Both the position numbers and the translations under genes were made by a program. Of a stretch of 64,000 nt of DNA, positions 21,029 to 31,100 are shown in pieces. The stretch lies in assembly GCA_049972045.1 (NCBI GenBank), contig JBMFKS010000003.1, positions 9,723 to 73,722 on the forward strand. Direction: 5' to 3'. The stretch is from Anaerolineae bacterium. Lineage in GTDB: Bacteria; Chloroflexota; Anaerolineae; B4-G1; DUEL01. The notes below the pieces were generated by a model. That model saw only the letters and a program-made list of their open reading frames with translations. It did not search any database and was not told where the DNA came from. How positions within the stretch are numbered: the stretch's first letter is position 1; every line of letters begins with the position of its first letter.

Positions 21029-22789
21029 ATGGACAAAAGCAAACTTCGTCGGTGGTGGGAACGCCTGATAGCAGTGAACGTCCCGGATGAGGAAGAAGCC
21101 CGACTGGGCCGCCTGTTCAACACCCTTATGGTTATTTCCGTAGGAGTAGTTTTGGTTCTTAGCTTCAATTTCATCCTCGTGTGGCTTCTGGGGTACACTC
21201 CCTTGGCTCCCGCATTCATTGGGGCGGCGTTCCCCTGGTCCTTCATCCCGCTGAGCCTCTTTTGCCTCTTCCAGGCCAAAAGAGGACGGGTCCGCCAGAT
21301 GATCACGCTGTATGTCTGGACACATTTCCTTGGAGTCGCTCTGGCAGTCTTTTTGTTTGAAGGCATCCGTTCGGCCGGCTGGCTTTTGTTCAGTGCGACG
21401 ATTATCATCGCTGGAATGTTAATTCGCCCCGATTACGCCCTCCGTGTGGCGGGCTTGGTGCTGGGATACTACTTTGTCCTGCTTGTTCTGACTCTACTGG
21501 GAATCTACACACCGCCGCTGACTACTGGGCCACAGGGACAGGTCTTTTCCACAATGTTTGTGACTTTGCTGATGCCTGTCCTGACGGTTGCCGTGCTGAC
21601 CTACCTGAACACCCGCAGCCTGCAGGATGCTCTGAGTCGCCTGCGGTTGACCAGCCGGGAACTGGAGGAGCAACGACGCACGCTGGAGGACCAGGTCGCT
21701 GCCCGCACCGCCGACCTGGCCCGCCGCACGGCCCAACTGGAGGCGGCGGCCACTGTGGCCCGGCGGGCCGCCGCCATCCGGGATGTCCAGGCCCTGCTGG
21801 ATGAGACCGTCCGCCTCATCTCCGACCGCTTCGGCTTTTACCACGTGGGCATCTTTCTGCTGGATGAACGGGGAGAGTACGCCGTCCTCCAGGCGGCCTC
21901 CTCCGAGGGCGGGCAGCGGATGCTGGCCCGGGGCCACCGATTGCGAGTGGGGGAAGGCGGCATCGTGGGCCATGTGGCGGGGACCGGCCAGCCCCGCATC
22001 GCGCTGGACGTGGGCGCCGATGCCGTCTTCTTTGACAACCCCGACCTGCCGCGGACCCGTTCGGAGATGGCGCTGCCGCTGAAGGTGGGGGAGCGGGTCA
22101 TCGGCGTGCTGGATGTGCAGTCGGAGGAGCCGGCGGCCTTCACGGATGAGGACGTGGCGGTCCTGCAGACGATGGCCGACCAGATCGCCCTGGCCATTGA
22201 GAACGCCCGCACACTGGAACAGATGGAGCGGACGGTGCAGGAACTGGAGCGGGTCTACGGGGAGTACACTCGGGAGGCCTGGCAGACGGTCCGGCAGGCC
22301 CGTCGGTGGGTGGGCCGCCGCTATCGCCGCCTGGTCCCCGAATCGGCAGAAGAACTGACCGAAGAGGCCCGCCGGGCCCTTTCGGAGGGCCGTTCGGTCC
22401 TGCAGCCCCTGCGGGAAGAAGGCGATGGCCGGGTGACCGGCACCCTCCTGGCCGTCCCGATGAAACTGCGGGGCCAGGTCATCGGCGCGCTGAACCTGCG
22501 TTTTGCCGCCCCGGAGGTGCCGCCGGAGGCCGTTCAGATGGTGGAAGCCATCGCCGACCGGCTGGCCCTGGCGCTGGAAAACGCGCGCCTCCTGGAGGAG
22601 ACCCGCCGTCACGCCGAGCGGGACCGGAGGATCGCCGAAATCACGGCGAAGGTGCGGGCCTCTATGGACCCGGAGACCATCCTGCGTACGGCCGCACGGG
22701 AACTGGGAGCCGCGCTGGGGGTGGACCGGGTGGTGGTGCATATGAGCCCGCCTCCCTCTCTCCGAAGAGATGAGAGAGATACGGAGTAG
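21029..22789 (+). CDS. Polytopic membrane N-domain + coiled coil + GAF-GAF (output-less sensor)
   Basis: There are ~6 TM helices. The coiled coil (LEEQRRTLEDQVAARTADLARRTAQLEAAATVARRAAAIRDV) is followed by the conserved GAF cassette. Confidence 0.75.
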   Translation: MDKSKLRRWWERLIAVNVPDEEEARLGRLFNTLMVISVGVVLVLSFNFILVWLLGYTPLAPAFIGAAFPWSFIPLSLFCLFQAKRGRVRQMITLYVWTHFLGVALAVFLFEGIRSAGWLLFSATIIIAGMLIRPDYALRVAGLVLGYYFVLLVLTLLGIYTPPLTTGPQGQVFSTMFVTLLMPVLTVAVLTYLNTRSLQDALSRLRLTSRELEEQRRTLEDQVAARTADLARRTAQLEAAATVARRAAAIRDVQALLDETVRLISDRFGFYHVGIFLLDERGEYAVLQAASSEGGQRMLARGHRLRVGEGGIVGHVAGTGQPRIALDVGADAVFFDNPDLPRTRSEMALPLKVGERVIGVLDVQSEEPAAFTDEDVAVLQTMADQIALAIENARTLEQMERTVQELERVYGEYTREAWQTVRQARRWVGRRYRRLVPESAEELTEEARRALSEGRSVLQPLREEGDGRVTGTLLAVPMKLRGQVIGALNLRFAAPEVPPEAVQMVEAIADRLALALENARLLEETRRHAERDRRIAEITAKVRASMDPETILRTAARELGAALGVDRVVVHMSPPPSLRRDERDTE

Positions 22790-25700
22790 GTGGCAAGGGA
22801 TGATCCGAAACAGAGTCCGTCCAGACTGGCTGCTGCTGAACCGATACCTTTCGCGCTGGGGAGACCGGTATATCGGGCGTGTGACGGCCCTGGCCGAATT
22901 GGCCTCAGTGCTGGCCGCTGCGCTTAGTATTTATTACATCTCAGCCACCATCGTGTTGAGCCAGAGGGAGATCTGGGGGCTGATTCTGCTGGTCGGTGTG
23001 CTGGTCTTCCTGGCCAATGGGTCGGGTCTTTTCTACGCCCTGCGGGCGACGGCTCGTGTGCGAAGAGCCCTGCGGGATGGAGGCTCCCTGCCCGTCGGGG
23101 AGGAGGAGCTCATCCTCCGGGAAGCAACATCGTTTCCCTGGCGTTTTGCACGCTTTGCGTTTGTCAATACGGTCCTGGTCGTCGTTGTCCCGGGCCTGGC
23201 GCTGGCCTATGTGCTGATCGGTATTCGGCTCTCCAACCTACCGTACCTCTTCGTCGGCGGCCTTGTGGCTACTATATGGATCTCCATTTATTACTACTTT
23301 GTGCTGGAATGGCTTTTCTGGCCAGTGCGCCAGGTGCTGTTCTCCCGTTCCGCTGGGCTGCACCAGCGCCATCTGGCAGGGCCAGGCATTCAGGCCCGTA
23401 TGCTGGTGGTCTACATAATTTTGCTGGCTACGACCCTTTTGATGGTCGGAACTCTCGTCTATCGCAAGAGCGAGCAGGCGGTAGCACCGGGAGCCAACCC
23501 TATCCTGGTTCTGCGGAGCATGCAGGGCCACATCCTGTTTATCGGGCTGATGAGCCTGTTTTTGGGTGTGGGATTCTCCGTCCTGCTGGCGCGCATGGTC
23601 GCCCGCCCCATCCGGCGGCTGATGGACACGATGGCTGAGGTGGAAAGGGGAGACATGAGCCGCCGAGGCGAACTCCTCTCCACCGATGAAACCGGGCACC
23701 TGACCCTCGCGTTTAACCGGATGATCGGCCAGTTACAGATGCTCCAGATGGGCCTGGAGGAAGAAGTAACCCGGCGCACCGCCGACCTGGCCCGCCGCAC
23801 GGCCCAACTGGAGGCCGCTGCCTTCATCGCCCGCCGCGCCGCCGAAATCCGCGATGTGGACACGCTTCTCAACGAGACCGTCCGCCTCATCTCCGACCGC
23901 TTCGGCTTCTACCACGCGGGGATCTTCCTGATAGACGAGGCGGGGGAATATGCCGTTCTGCGGGCGGCTTCTTCGGAGGGTGGGCGGCGGATGCTGGCCC
24001 GGGGCCACCGGCTGGCAGTGGGGAAGGTGGGCATCGTCGGCACCGTGGCGGGGACCGGCAGGCCCCGCATCGCGCTGGACGTGGGCGCCGATGCCGTCTT
24101 CTTTGACAACCCCGACCTGCCGCGGACCCGTTCGGAGATGGCGCTGCCGCTGAAGGTGGGGGAGCGGGTCATCGGCGTGCTGGATGTGCAGTCGGAGGAG
24201 CCGGCGGCCTTCACGGACGAGGACGTGGCGGTCCTGCAGACGATGGCTGACCAGATCGCCCTGGCCGTTGAGAACGCGCGGCTGCTGGAGGAAACACGGC
24301 GAGCGCTGGAGGAACTCCGCACCCTCTATGGGGAGCGTCTCCGCGAGGCCTGGGAACGGCTGGAAGGTTTCCCGCCCGCCCTGGTCTACGACCGCGTGAC
24401 GGTTACCCCCATGGAAGCCCCACCGCCCGTCCCGGCGGTGGAAGAGGCCCTGCGGCAGGGGCAGGTCGTCGCTCTCAGCGAGCCGGATAACGGCCGGGCC
24501 GTCATCGCCGCACCTCTCCGCCTGCACGACCAGGTCATCGGCGCCATCGCCCTGGAGGAAACCGACCAGGCCCACCCCTGGACGGAAGACGAGGTGGCCC
24601 TGGTCCAGGCCGTCAGCGAACAGGTGGCCCTGGCGCTGGAGAGCGCCCGCCTCTACCAGATGGAACAGCGCCGCCGCTTCATCGCTGACACTCTGCAGGA
24701 GATCGCCCGCGTCGTCGGCTCCACGCTGGACCTGGAGGAGGTCACCAACCGGCTGCTGGACCAACTGGAGCGCCTCATCCCCTTTGATGTCGCCGTCATT
24801 CACTTGCTACGCGGGGAACGGCGAGAGATCGTCGGCGGGCGAGGGATGAACTTGGAGGCCATGCGGCGGTGGCTGGAGAAACAGCCGCCCGTCTCCCAGG
24901 ACCCGCTGCTGGCAGAGGTCATCCGGACCCGCGCGCCCGTGATCATCGCCGATGCCCAGACCGACCCGCGCTGGAGGCGCCCCAGGGCCCGCTCCGGTAT
25001 GGCCGTCCCCCTGATCTTGGGTGAGGAAGTCATTGGCTTCCTGCTGGTGGACCACCCCAGGCCGGGGATGTACACCGAAGAGACGGCCGCGCTGGCAACC
25101 GCCGTGGCCGCCCAGGCCGCCGTCGCCGTCCAGAACGCCCGGCTGTACGAAGAGGCCCGGCGGGGCGCCGACCAGATGCAGGCCCTCTACGAGACCGGCC
25201 GCGCCCTCTCCTCCACGCTGGACGTGGATCAGGTCATCCAGACCGTCCTGGAGACGGTTTCCCGGCTGATGGGCTGCGAGTTTGCCATCATCTCGCTGGT
25301 GGATGAGGGGGAAGGCACCATCGGCTTCAGCCACGGCATCTGGGAGGGGGTGTTTGACCGGTATCCGGAGTGGGTAGACAAGTCCCGGTATCCCCTGGAT
25401 CATCCGGACATCATCGCCGATGTATACCGGACGGGCCGTACGGAGATTCTCACCGGCTGGGACGACCGCTTCAACCGGGAGATCTGGGAGAAGTACGGCC
25501 ATGAGCGCTACCTGCGGGTCTTCCTGCCCCTCCGTTTCCAGGAACGGACCATCGGCGTGGTGGAGGTCAGTTGGGACCGGAGCCGAAAGGCGCGGGTGAC
25601 CGAGGAGGAACTGCGGCTGCTCTCCACGCTGATGGACCAGGCCGCTATCGCCATTCAGAATGCCCGTCTCTACGCCGAGGCGCGGGAGCGGGCAATGGAG

Positions 25701-26891
25701 CAAGAGGGCCTGGCCCGGATCGCCGCCCTGGCCGTCTCCACGCTGGAACTGGAGCCCCTGCTGGAGGGGATGATGCGGGAGGCGGCCCCGCTGGTGGAGG
25801 CCGAGGGCGCGGCGCTGTTGCTCTACGATGAGGATACTCGCTCCCTGCGAACTCGCCACGTCCTGATACAGGGCGAATTCCTTCCCATTGCGCCAGGGTG
25901 GGAAATCCCGCTGGAAACGCCGGGGATGGAACAGAGCATCTTCGCCCGGGGCGGGGTTTATTACTCCAACCTGGGTCTGAGTGACCCCAATCTGATCCCG
26001 GCCTACGTCCCGCATATGGAACAACTGGGCGTCCGCAACTTCTGCGGCGTGGCCCTGCGGGTGCGGGACCGGAGCATCGGCGAACTCTATTTCATCAATC
26101 GCCCTCGCGGTTTCGGGTGCGATGAGGTCCGTCTTGCCCGGGCTATCGCAGGCTACATCGCCAACGCGCTGGCCCATGCCCGCCTCTTTGAGGAGGCCCG
26201 CCTGCGGGCCGAAGAATTGGCCGTCCTGAACGAACTGGGCCAGGCCCTCACGGCCCAACTGGACGTGCAGCAGGTGCTGGAAGAGGCCTACCGGGGTGCC
26301 AGCCGCCTGCTGGATACCACCAACTTCTATATTGCCTTTTACGACCTCCAGCAGGGGATAGTGAGTTTCCCCCTGTCTGTGGAGGAGAATGAACGACGTC
26401 CCTATCGCACTCGCCCCTTTGCCAACGGCCTGACGGAGTACATCCTCCGGAACCGGAAACCGGTGCTGATAGAGGAGGATCTGCCTGCCCGTCTGCAGGA
26501 GATGGGGGTGGATATGGTCGGTCGGCCGGCTCAATCCTGGCTGGGCGTGCCGCTGATGGTGGGCGATGAGGTGCTCGGGGTGATGGCGGTGCAGAGTTAT
26601 ACCACGCCGCGGGCGTACGACAAGCACGACCTGGACCTGTTGACTGCGGTTGCCAGCCAGGTAGCGATCGCCCTGCAGAACGCGCGCTCCTACGAAGAGG
26701 CCCGGCGGCGGGCGGAACGGGAGCATCTGGCCCGGCAGATTGTGGAGCGGATCCAGGCCGCTCCGGATGTGGAAAGCGTCCTCCAGGTGGCGGTGCGGGA
26801 ACTGGGGCGCGCCCTGCGAGTGCCGCGATCCTTTGTCCAACTGGGAATTCCCGAAGGGGGCGATGGCCAGACCCCGCCAACGGGGGCGTGA
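22770..26891 (+). CDS. Large membrane sensor: TM region-HAMP-S-helix followed by ~6 GAF domains, no output domain
   Basis: The N-terminal 270 aa are hydrophobic. A HAMP domain (MVARPIRRLMDTMAEVERGDMSRRGELLSTDETGHLTLAFNRMIGQL) is followed by repeated GAF-like units with LALAxENARL motifs. It overlaps the previous gene end, and an alternative start lies at 22800. Confidence 0.8.
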   Translation: MREIRSRWQGMIRNRVRPDWLLLNRYLSRWGDRYIGRVTALAELASVLAAALSIYYISATIVLSQREIWGLILLVGVLVFLANGSGLFYALRATARVRRALRDGGSLPVGEEELILREATSFPWRFARFAFVNTVLVVVVPGLALAYVLIGIRLSNLPYLFVGGLVATIWISIYYYFVLEWLFWPVRQVLFSRSAGLHQRHLAGPGIQARMLVVYIILLATTLLMVGTLVYRKSEQAVAPGANPILVLRSMQGHILFIGLMSLFLGVGFSVLLARMVARPIRRLMDTMAEVERGDMSRRGELLSTDETGHLTLAFNRMIGQLQMLQMGLEEEVTRRTADLARRTAQLEAAAFIARRAAEIRDVDTLLNETVRLISDRFGFYHAGIFLIDEAGEYAVLRAASSEGGRRMLARGHRLAVGKVGIVGTVAGTGRPRIALDVGADAVFFDNPDLPRTRSEMALPLKVGERVIGVLDVQSEEPAAFTDEDVAVLQTMADQIALAVENARLLEETRRALEELRTLYGERLREAWERLEGFPPALVYDRVTVTPMEAPPPVPAVEEALRQGQVVALSEPDNGRAVIAAPLRLHDQVIGAIALEETDQAHPWTEDEVALVQAVSEQVALALESARLYQMEQRRRFIADTLQEIARVVGSTLDLEEVTNRLLDQLERLIPFDVAVIHLLRGERREIVGGRGMNLEAMRRWLEKQPPVSQDPLLAEVIRTRAPVIIADAQTDPRWRRPRARSGMAVPLILGEEVIGFLLVDHPRPGMYTEETAALATAVAAQAAVAVQNARLYEEARRGADQMQALYETGRALSSTLDVDQVIQTVLETVSRLMGCEFAIISLVDEGEGTIGFSHGIWEGVFDRYPEWVDKSRYPLDHPDIIADVYRTGRTEILTGWDDRFNREIWEKYGHERYLRVFLPLRFQERTIGVVEVSWDRSRKARVTEEELRLLSTLMDQAAIAIQNARLYAEARERAMEQEGLARIAALAVSTLELEPLLEGMMREAAPLVEAEGAALLLYDEDTRSLRTRHVLIQGEFLPIAPGWEIPLETPGMEQSIFARGGVYYSNLGLSDPNLIPAYVPHMEQLGVRNFCGVALRVRDRSIGELYFINRPRGFGCDEVRLARAIAGYIANALAHARLFEEARLRAEELAVLNELGQALTAQLDVQQVLEEAYRGASRLLDTTNFYIAFYDLQQGIVSFPLSVEENERRPYRTRPFANGLTEYILRNRKPVLIEEDLPARLQEMGVDMVGRPAQSWLGVPLMVGDEVLGVMAVQSYTTPRAYDKHDLDLLTAVASQVAIALQNARSYEEARRRAEREHLARQIVERIQAAPDVESVLQVAVRELGRALRVPRSFVQLGIPEGGDGQTPPTGA

Positions 26892-26942
26892 CCGCCCTTC
26901 GGAGAATCATCTTTGTCACTCTATTTTTAAGGAGGATTCACC

Positions 26943-27737
26943 ATGGAACGCCGCATCACTGCAATGGACACCAGCATTCCCAACGCCGGCCGGGTCTATG
27001 ACTACGTCCTGGGCGGCACTCACAACTTTGAGGCAGACCGGCAGGCCGCCGAATATATGATCAGCCTGGTTCCCTCTACCCGCAAGTGGGTCCGCATGCT
27101 GCGGATGTTCATGCAGGAATCGGTGCTTCGGCTCAGCGAGGAGGGGTTTGGTCATTTCCTGGACCTGGCCTCCGGCCTGCCAACGGTGGAGCACATCCAC
27201 GCGCTCGCGCCCCACGCCAAGGTAATCTATGTGGATAACGACCCGGTGGTCGTGGCCTACGGCACCCAGTTGCTGGAAGGACATCCTAATGCCCGCTACC
27301 TGGAAGCCGATATTCGCGACATTGATGCCCTCCTGCGCTCGCCGGTCATTTCCGAAATGTTCGGAGAGGAACGGAAGGTGGCGATCGGCTTCAACGCGGT
27401 CACCTGCTTTTTGACCGAGGAGGAAATCCGCCGGATCGCTCGGGCGCTCTACGAGTGGGCGGCGCCGGGGAGCAAGTTGTTCGCCACCTTTGAGACCAAA
27501 GACCCCCATCGGATAACGCCGAAGATGGAGCAGTTTCTGGCGATGTTTGACCAGATGGGGAGCCCTTATCACTTCCTGACCCTGGAGCAAGCTATGGAGT
27601 GGATGAAACCCTGGGAGGCCGATGAGCGAGGATACCGGCCCCTGGCAGAGTGGTTGGGCATGCCGGATCAGATCACTGAGGCCGACCGAGAAGGGGTGGG
27701 ACTGGAGTTTTACGGGGCCATCCTGGTCAAACGATGA
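26943..27737 (+). CDS. SAM-dependent methyltransferase (actinobacterial-type SAM_MT / PF04672-like)
   Basis: MERRITAMDTSIPNAGRVYDYVLGGTHNFEADRQAAE... matches this family's N-terminal hallmark. AAGGAGG lies 7 nt upstream. Confidence 0.7.
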   Translation: MERRITAMDTSIPNAGRVYDYVLGGTHNFEADRQAAEYMISLVPSTRKWVRMLRMFMQESVLRLSEEGFGHFLDLASGLPTVEHIHALAPHAKVIYVDNDPVVVAYGTQLLEGHPNARYLEADIRDIDALLRSPVISEMFGEERKVAIGFNAVTCFLTEEEIRRIARALYEWAAPGSKLFATFETKDPHRITPKMEQFLAMFDQMGSPYHFLTLEQAMEWMKPWEADERGYRPLAEWLGMPDQITEADREGVGLEFYGAILVKR

Positions 27738-27785
27738 TGCCCTTTTTCTCATGGAACAAAGCCCTTTGGGCTATTTCTGAGCCCT

Positions 27786-28170
27786 GCTGTGCCCTTCAGT
27801 CCGAGGGGCTTCCCACGCCGAGGGCTTGCCCGAGCCCCTCGGGGCGAGCCCCTTCGGCCACGCCGCGGATTTAGCCTGCGGCTGCGGGGCTCGGCGCAAC
27901 GCTGGCGGCCTGTGCTACCTGTAGTGCAGGTGTCAACCGGCAGATACAGGCCCCCTCGCGGGGCCTTGGGCTGAGGGCCCCCTCGGCCACGCCGCGAGCG
28001 GCTCGCCGCGTGGCGGGCTGAGCCCTCGGGGCGAAGCCTTCGGCCCGAGGGCTCGGGGCTGGCCTGGCGGCCTGCGCGGCGCCGTAGCGCAGGCTGTTAG
28101 CCTGCATTTCGCAGACCTGACAGACCTGCGCTCCGCTTTGGCGGCGGCCTCGCCGCCGCCACGAGAAGTA
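27786..28170. repeat. Cluster of GC-rich palindromic intergenic elements (family B: gtagcgcaggctgttagcctgca... / caggccccctcgcggggcc... / ccctcggggcg hairpins)
   Basis: Near-identical blocks recur at 36893-37110, with partial copies at 1762-1790, 49680-49740, 50820-50900, 51945-52045 and 58615-58640. Confidence 0.8.
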
Positions 28171-28199
28171 CCTCCCTGTTTCGGCAAGGAGCGAAGGGG

Positions 28200-31100
28200 A
28201 TGGAATCTCAGGGGACGGACCGTCTGGAACTTCTGGAGAGAGTAGAGAACCACAAATCATTCCTGCAGAAGCGGGTGGAAGAAGCTCTGCGTCGCAACGT
28301 GTTTCACAACACCGCCCGCATGGCCTCCCTCCGTCCGTTGCCAGAGGTGGCCCGGTTCTTGGTGGAGATGTTCCTCCAGGAGGTGGCGGGCACCCTGCAG
28401 GTTGAAGACTGCTCCCAGCGTGTGAGCGAATGGGTGCGGTTGGGTTTGAGTGCCCAATCCGTGGCGGAGGCCTTTACCACCCTTTCCCGGGTCTTATCGG
28501 AAGTCCTGGATGGGGACTCCTTCAAGGCCGTCCTTCCCCATCTGGAAACCTACCGCTCCCGCTGGATCCTCACCCTGGTAGATACTCGCACCCAGGATGC
28601 GATCACCGAGTTTGAACGGACCTACCGGGGCCTGAACGTAGCCCTGGAAGAACAAATCCAGCGAGAACGGGAGGCTCGGGCCGAACTCCAACGCCGTCAG
28701 GTTCAACTCCAGGCAGCGGCCAATATCGCCCGCGTGGCGACCTCCATCCTGGACCTGCCCACCCTTCTGCAGACCGCCGTGGACACGCTTTGCCAAGAGT
28801 TTGGCCTCTATTACGTGGGCCTTTTCCTGGTGGACGAGGCTGGCCGGTACGCGGTCCTGAAAGCCGGTACAGGGGAAGCGGGTCGGAAGATGGTGGAGGA
28901 AGGCTACCGGCTGGAGGTTGGGGGACACTCCATGATCGGCTGGTGCATCGCCCATCGCCAGCCGCGCATCGCTTTGGATGTCGGTGCGGACGCTGTCCGC
29001 TTTGAGAACCCTCTGCTTCCCAACACCCGGTCCGAACTGGCAATCCCGCTGATCGTGGGTGAGGAGGTCGTCGGCGCACTGACGATCCAGAGCGAGCGGG
29101 AGGCCGCCTTCTCGCCGGAAGACATCACGACCTTTGAGGTTGTGGCGGACCAATTAGCGGTTGCGATTCGGAATGCCCGGTTATTTGAGCAGTTCCAGGA
29201 AACCCTCCGGCAGATGGAGGCGACCCAGGCTCGTTACATCCGGCAGGAGTGGGCTACTTATCTCAGCCGTTGGCCGGAGCACCCCGGGTACCAGTATGAC
29301 CTGGAGACGGTCTCCCCGCTTCTCCAGCCTGTTCCCCTTCCGGTCGTGGAGATGCCTCTGGACCGCCCGCTGGTCACCGAGTCGGATGGGCGTTCCCTCC
29401 TGATGGCCCCTGTTCTGATCGGCAAGCAGCCCATCGGCCTGCTGGGATTGGAAGAAACCGACCCTCGGGTCTGGACAGAAGACGAACTGGCCCTCATCAC
29501 GACGGTCCAGGAGCAACTGGCGCTGGCCCTGGAAAACCGTCGCCTCTTTGAGCAGACCCGCCAGGCTCTGGCGGAGACAGAAATGCTCTATCAGGCCAGT
29601 GCGGAACTGAACGCTGCCCAATCCTACGAGGAAATCCTGGCCGTCCTGCAAAAATACACCCTGGTTGGCGAGGCCGACCGCAACGTGAGCCTGAACCTCT
29701 ACAACCGGCCGTGGGTGGGGGAGGATGTCCCGGAATGGAGCATCCCTGTGGCCCGCTGGACCCGCTTGCCGTCGGAGGCTCTGAGCGACCGGTATCCTCT
29801 GCGCGCTTTCCCCTCCGCCGCCTGTCTGCTCCGACCGGATGCTCCCACCCTGATTTCCGATGTGAGGAATGACCCCCGGATGGACGAGCGGGCTCGGGCG
29901 CTGTATCAGGACCGCTTCCAGGCGGGCAGCACCATCTTCGTCCCGCTCGTGGTGGCTGGGCAGTGGATCGGCTATGTCAACGCGATCTACAGCATGCCCC
30001 GCGAGTTCCCGGAGGATGCGGTTCGGCGCCTGATGTCCCTGGCCGCGCAGGCCGCCGTCGCCGTTCAGTCCATTCGCCGCCTGGAGGAAGTGCGCCAGGC
30101 CCTGACCGAGACGGAAGCCCTCTATCAGGCCGCCCGGGCTATCAGTGAGGCGACATCGGTGGAGGAGATTGTGCGCGGCGCGGCGATGGTCGCCCGGCCC
30201 CTCGGCTTCACTGCCTGCTCCCTTACCCTCGCCACCCTCACCGACCCGGATGGTATCCCCACTCACGGCGATATCTACCCGGTGATCGCGGCCGGAGGGG
30301 ACTGGATGGCCATGCCGCCGATGCACGCCTTCCCCATCGCCGACCGGAAGGCTGCCCGCCGGGTGCTGGACGAGCCCGACTTCGTCCTGGTCTACGCCGA
30401 CGTAGAGGACCCCAGCGCGGATATTCCCGACCCGGTTCGGGAGACCACCCGCAACATGGGGATGCGCGGGATGGTCACTGCCGGGTTGACCATCTTCGGG
30501 CGGGCGCTGGGCTTCCTGAGTTTCATCAGTCCCCATCCGCTGACCGGTCTCTCCGAGGAAAACATCCGCCGCATCCGCACCGTCGCCGACCAGGTCGCGG
30601 TGGCGCTGGAGAACCGCCGCCTGCTGGAGGAGACCCGTCGGCGGGCAGCCCAACTGGCCACCGCCGCCGAAGTCTCCGCGGCCGCGTCGTCCATTCTCAG
30701 CCTGGAGGAACTCCTCCCGCAGACGGCCGAACTCATCCGCCAGCGGTTTGACCTCTACTACGTCGGGATCTTCCTGCTGGATGAGACGGGCCGCTGGGCG
30801 GTGCTCCGGGCCGGCACCGGCGAGGCCGGTCGCCAGATGCTGGCCGCCGGCCACAAACTGGAGGTCGGTGGAAAATCCATGATCGGCTGGTGCACGGCCA
30901 ACGCCAAAGCCCGCATCGCGCTGGACGTGGGCACGGAGGCCATCCGCTTTGATAACCCGCTCCTGCCCAACACCCGCTCCGAGATGGCCCTGCCGCTCAT
31001 CTCCCGGGGCCGGGTCATCGGCGCGATGACCATCCAGTCCGATCGGCCCGCCGCTTTCACCCAGGAGGACATCATCGCCCTGCAGACGATGGCGGATCAG

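Noticed and set aside
18235-24322. A recurring antisense peptide (MARAIWSAIVCKTATSSSVKA...ASSIRKIPAW) at 11234-11434, 18235-18594, 21838-22212, 23909-24322 and 30758-31075
   Set aside because: It looked like a conserved small-protein family. It is simply the reverse-strand translation of the conserved GAF cassette shared by the sensor paralogs.
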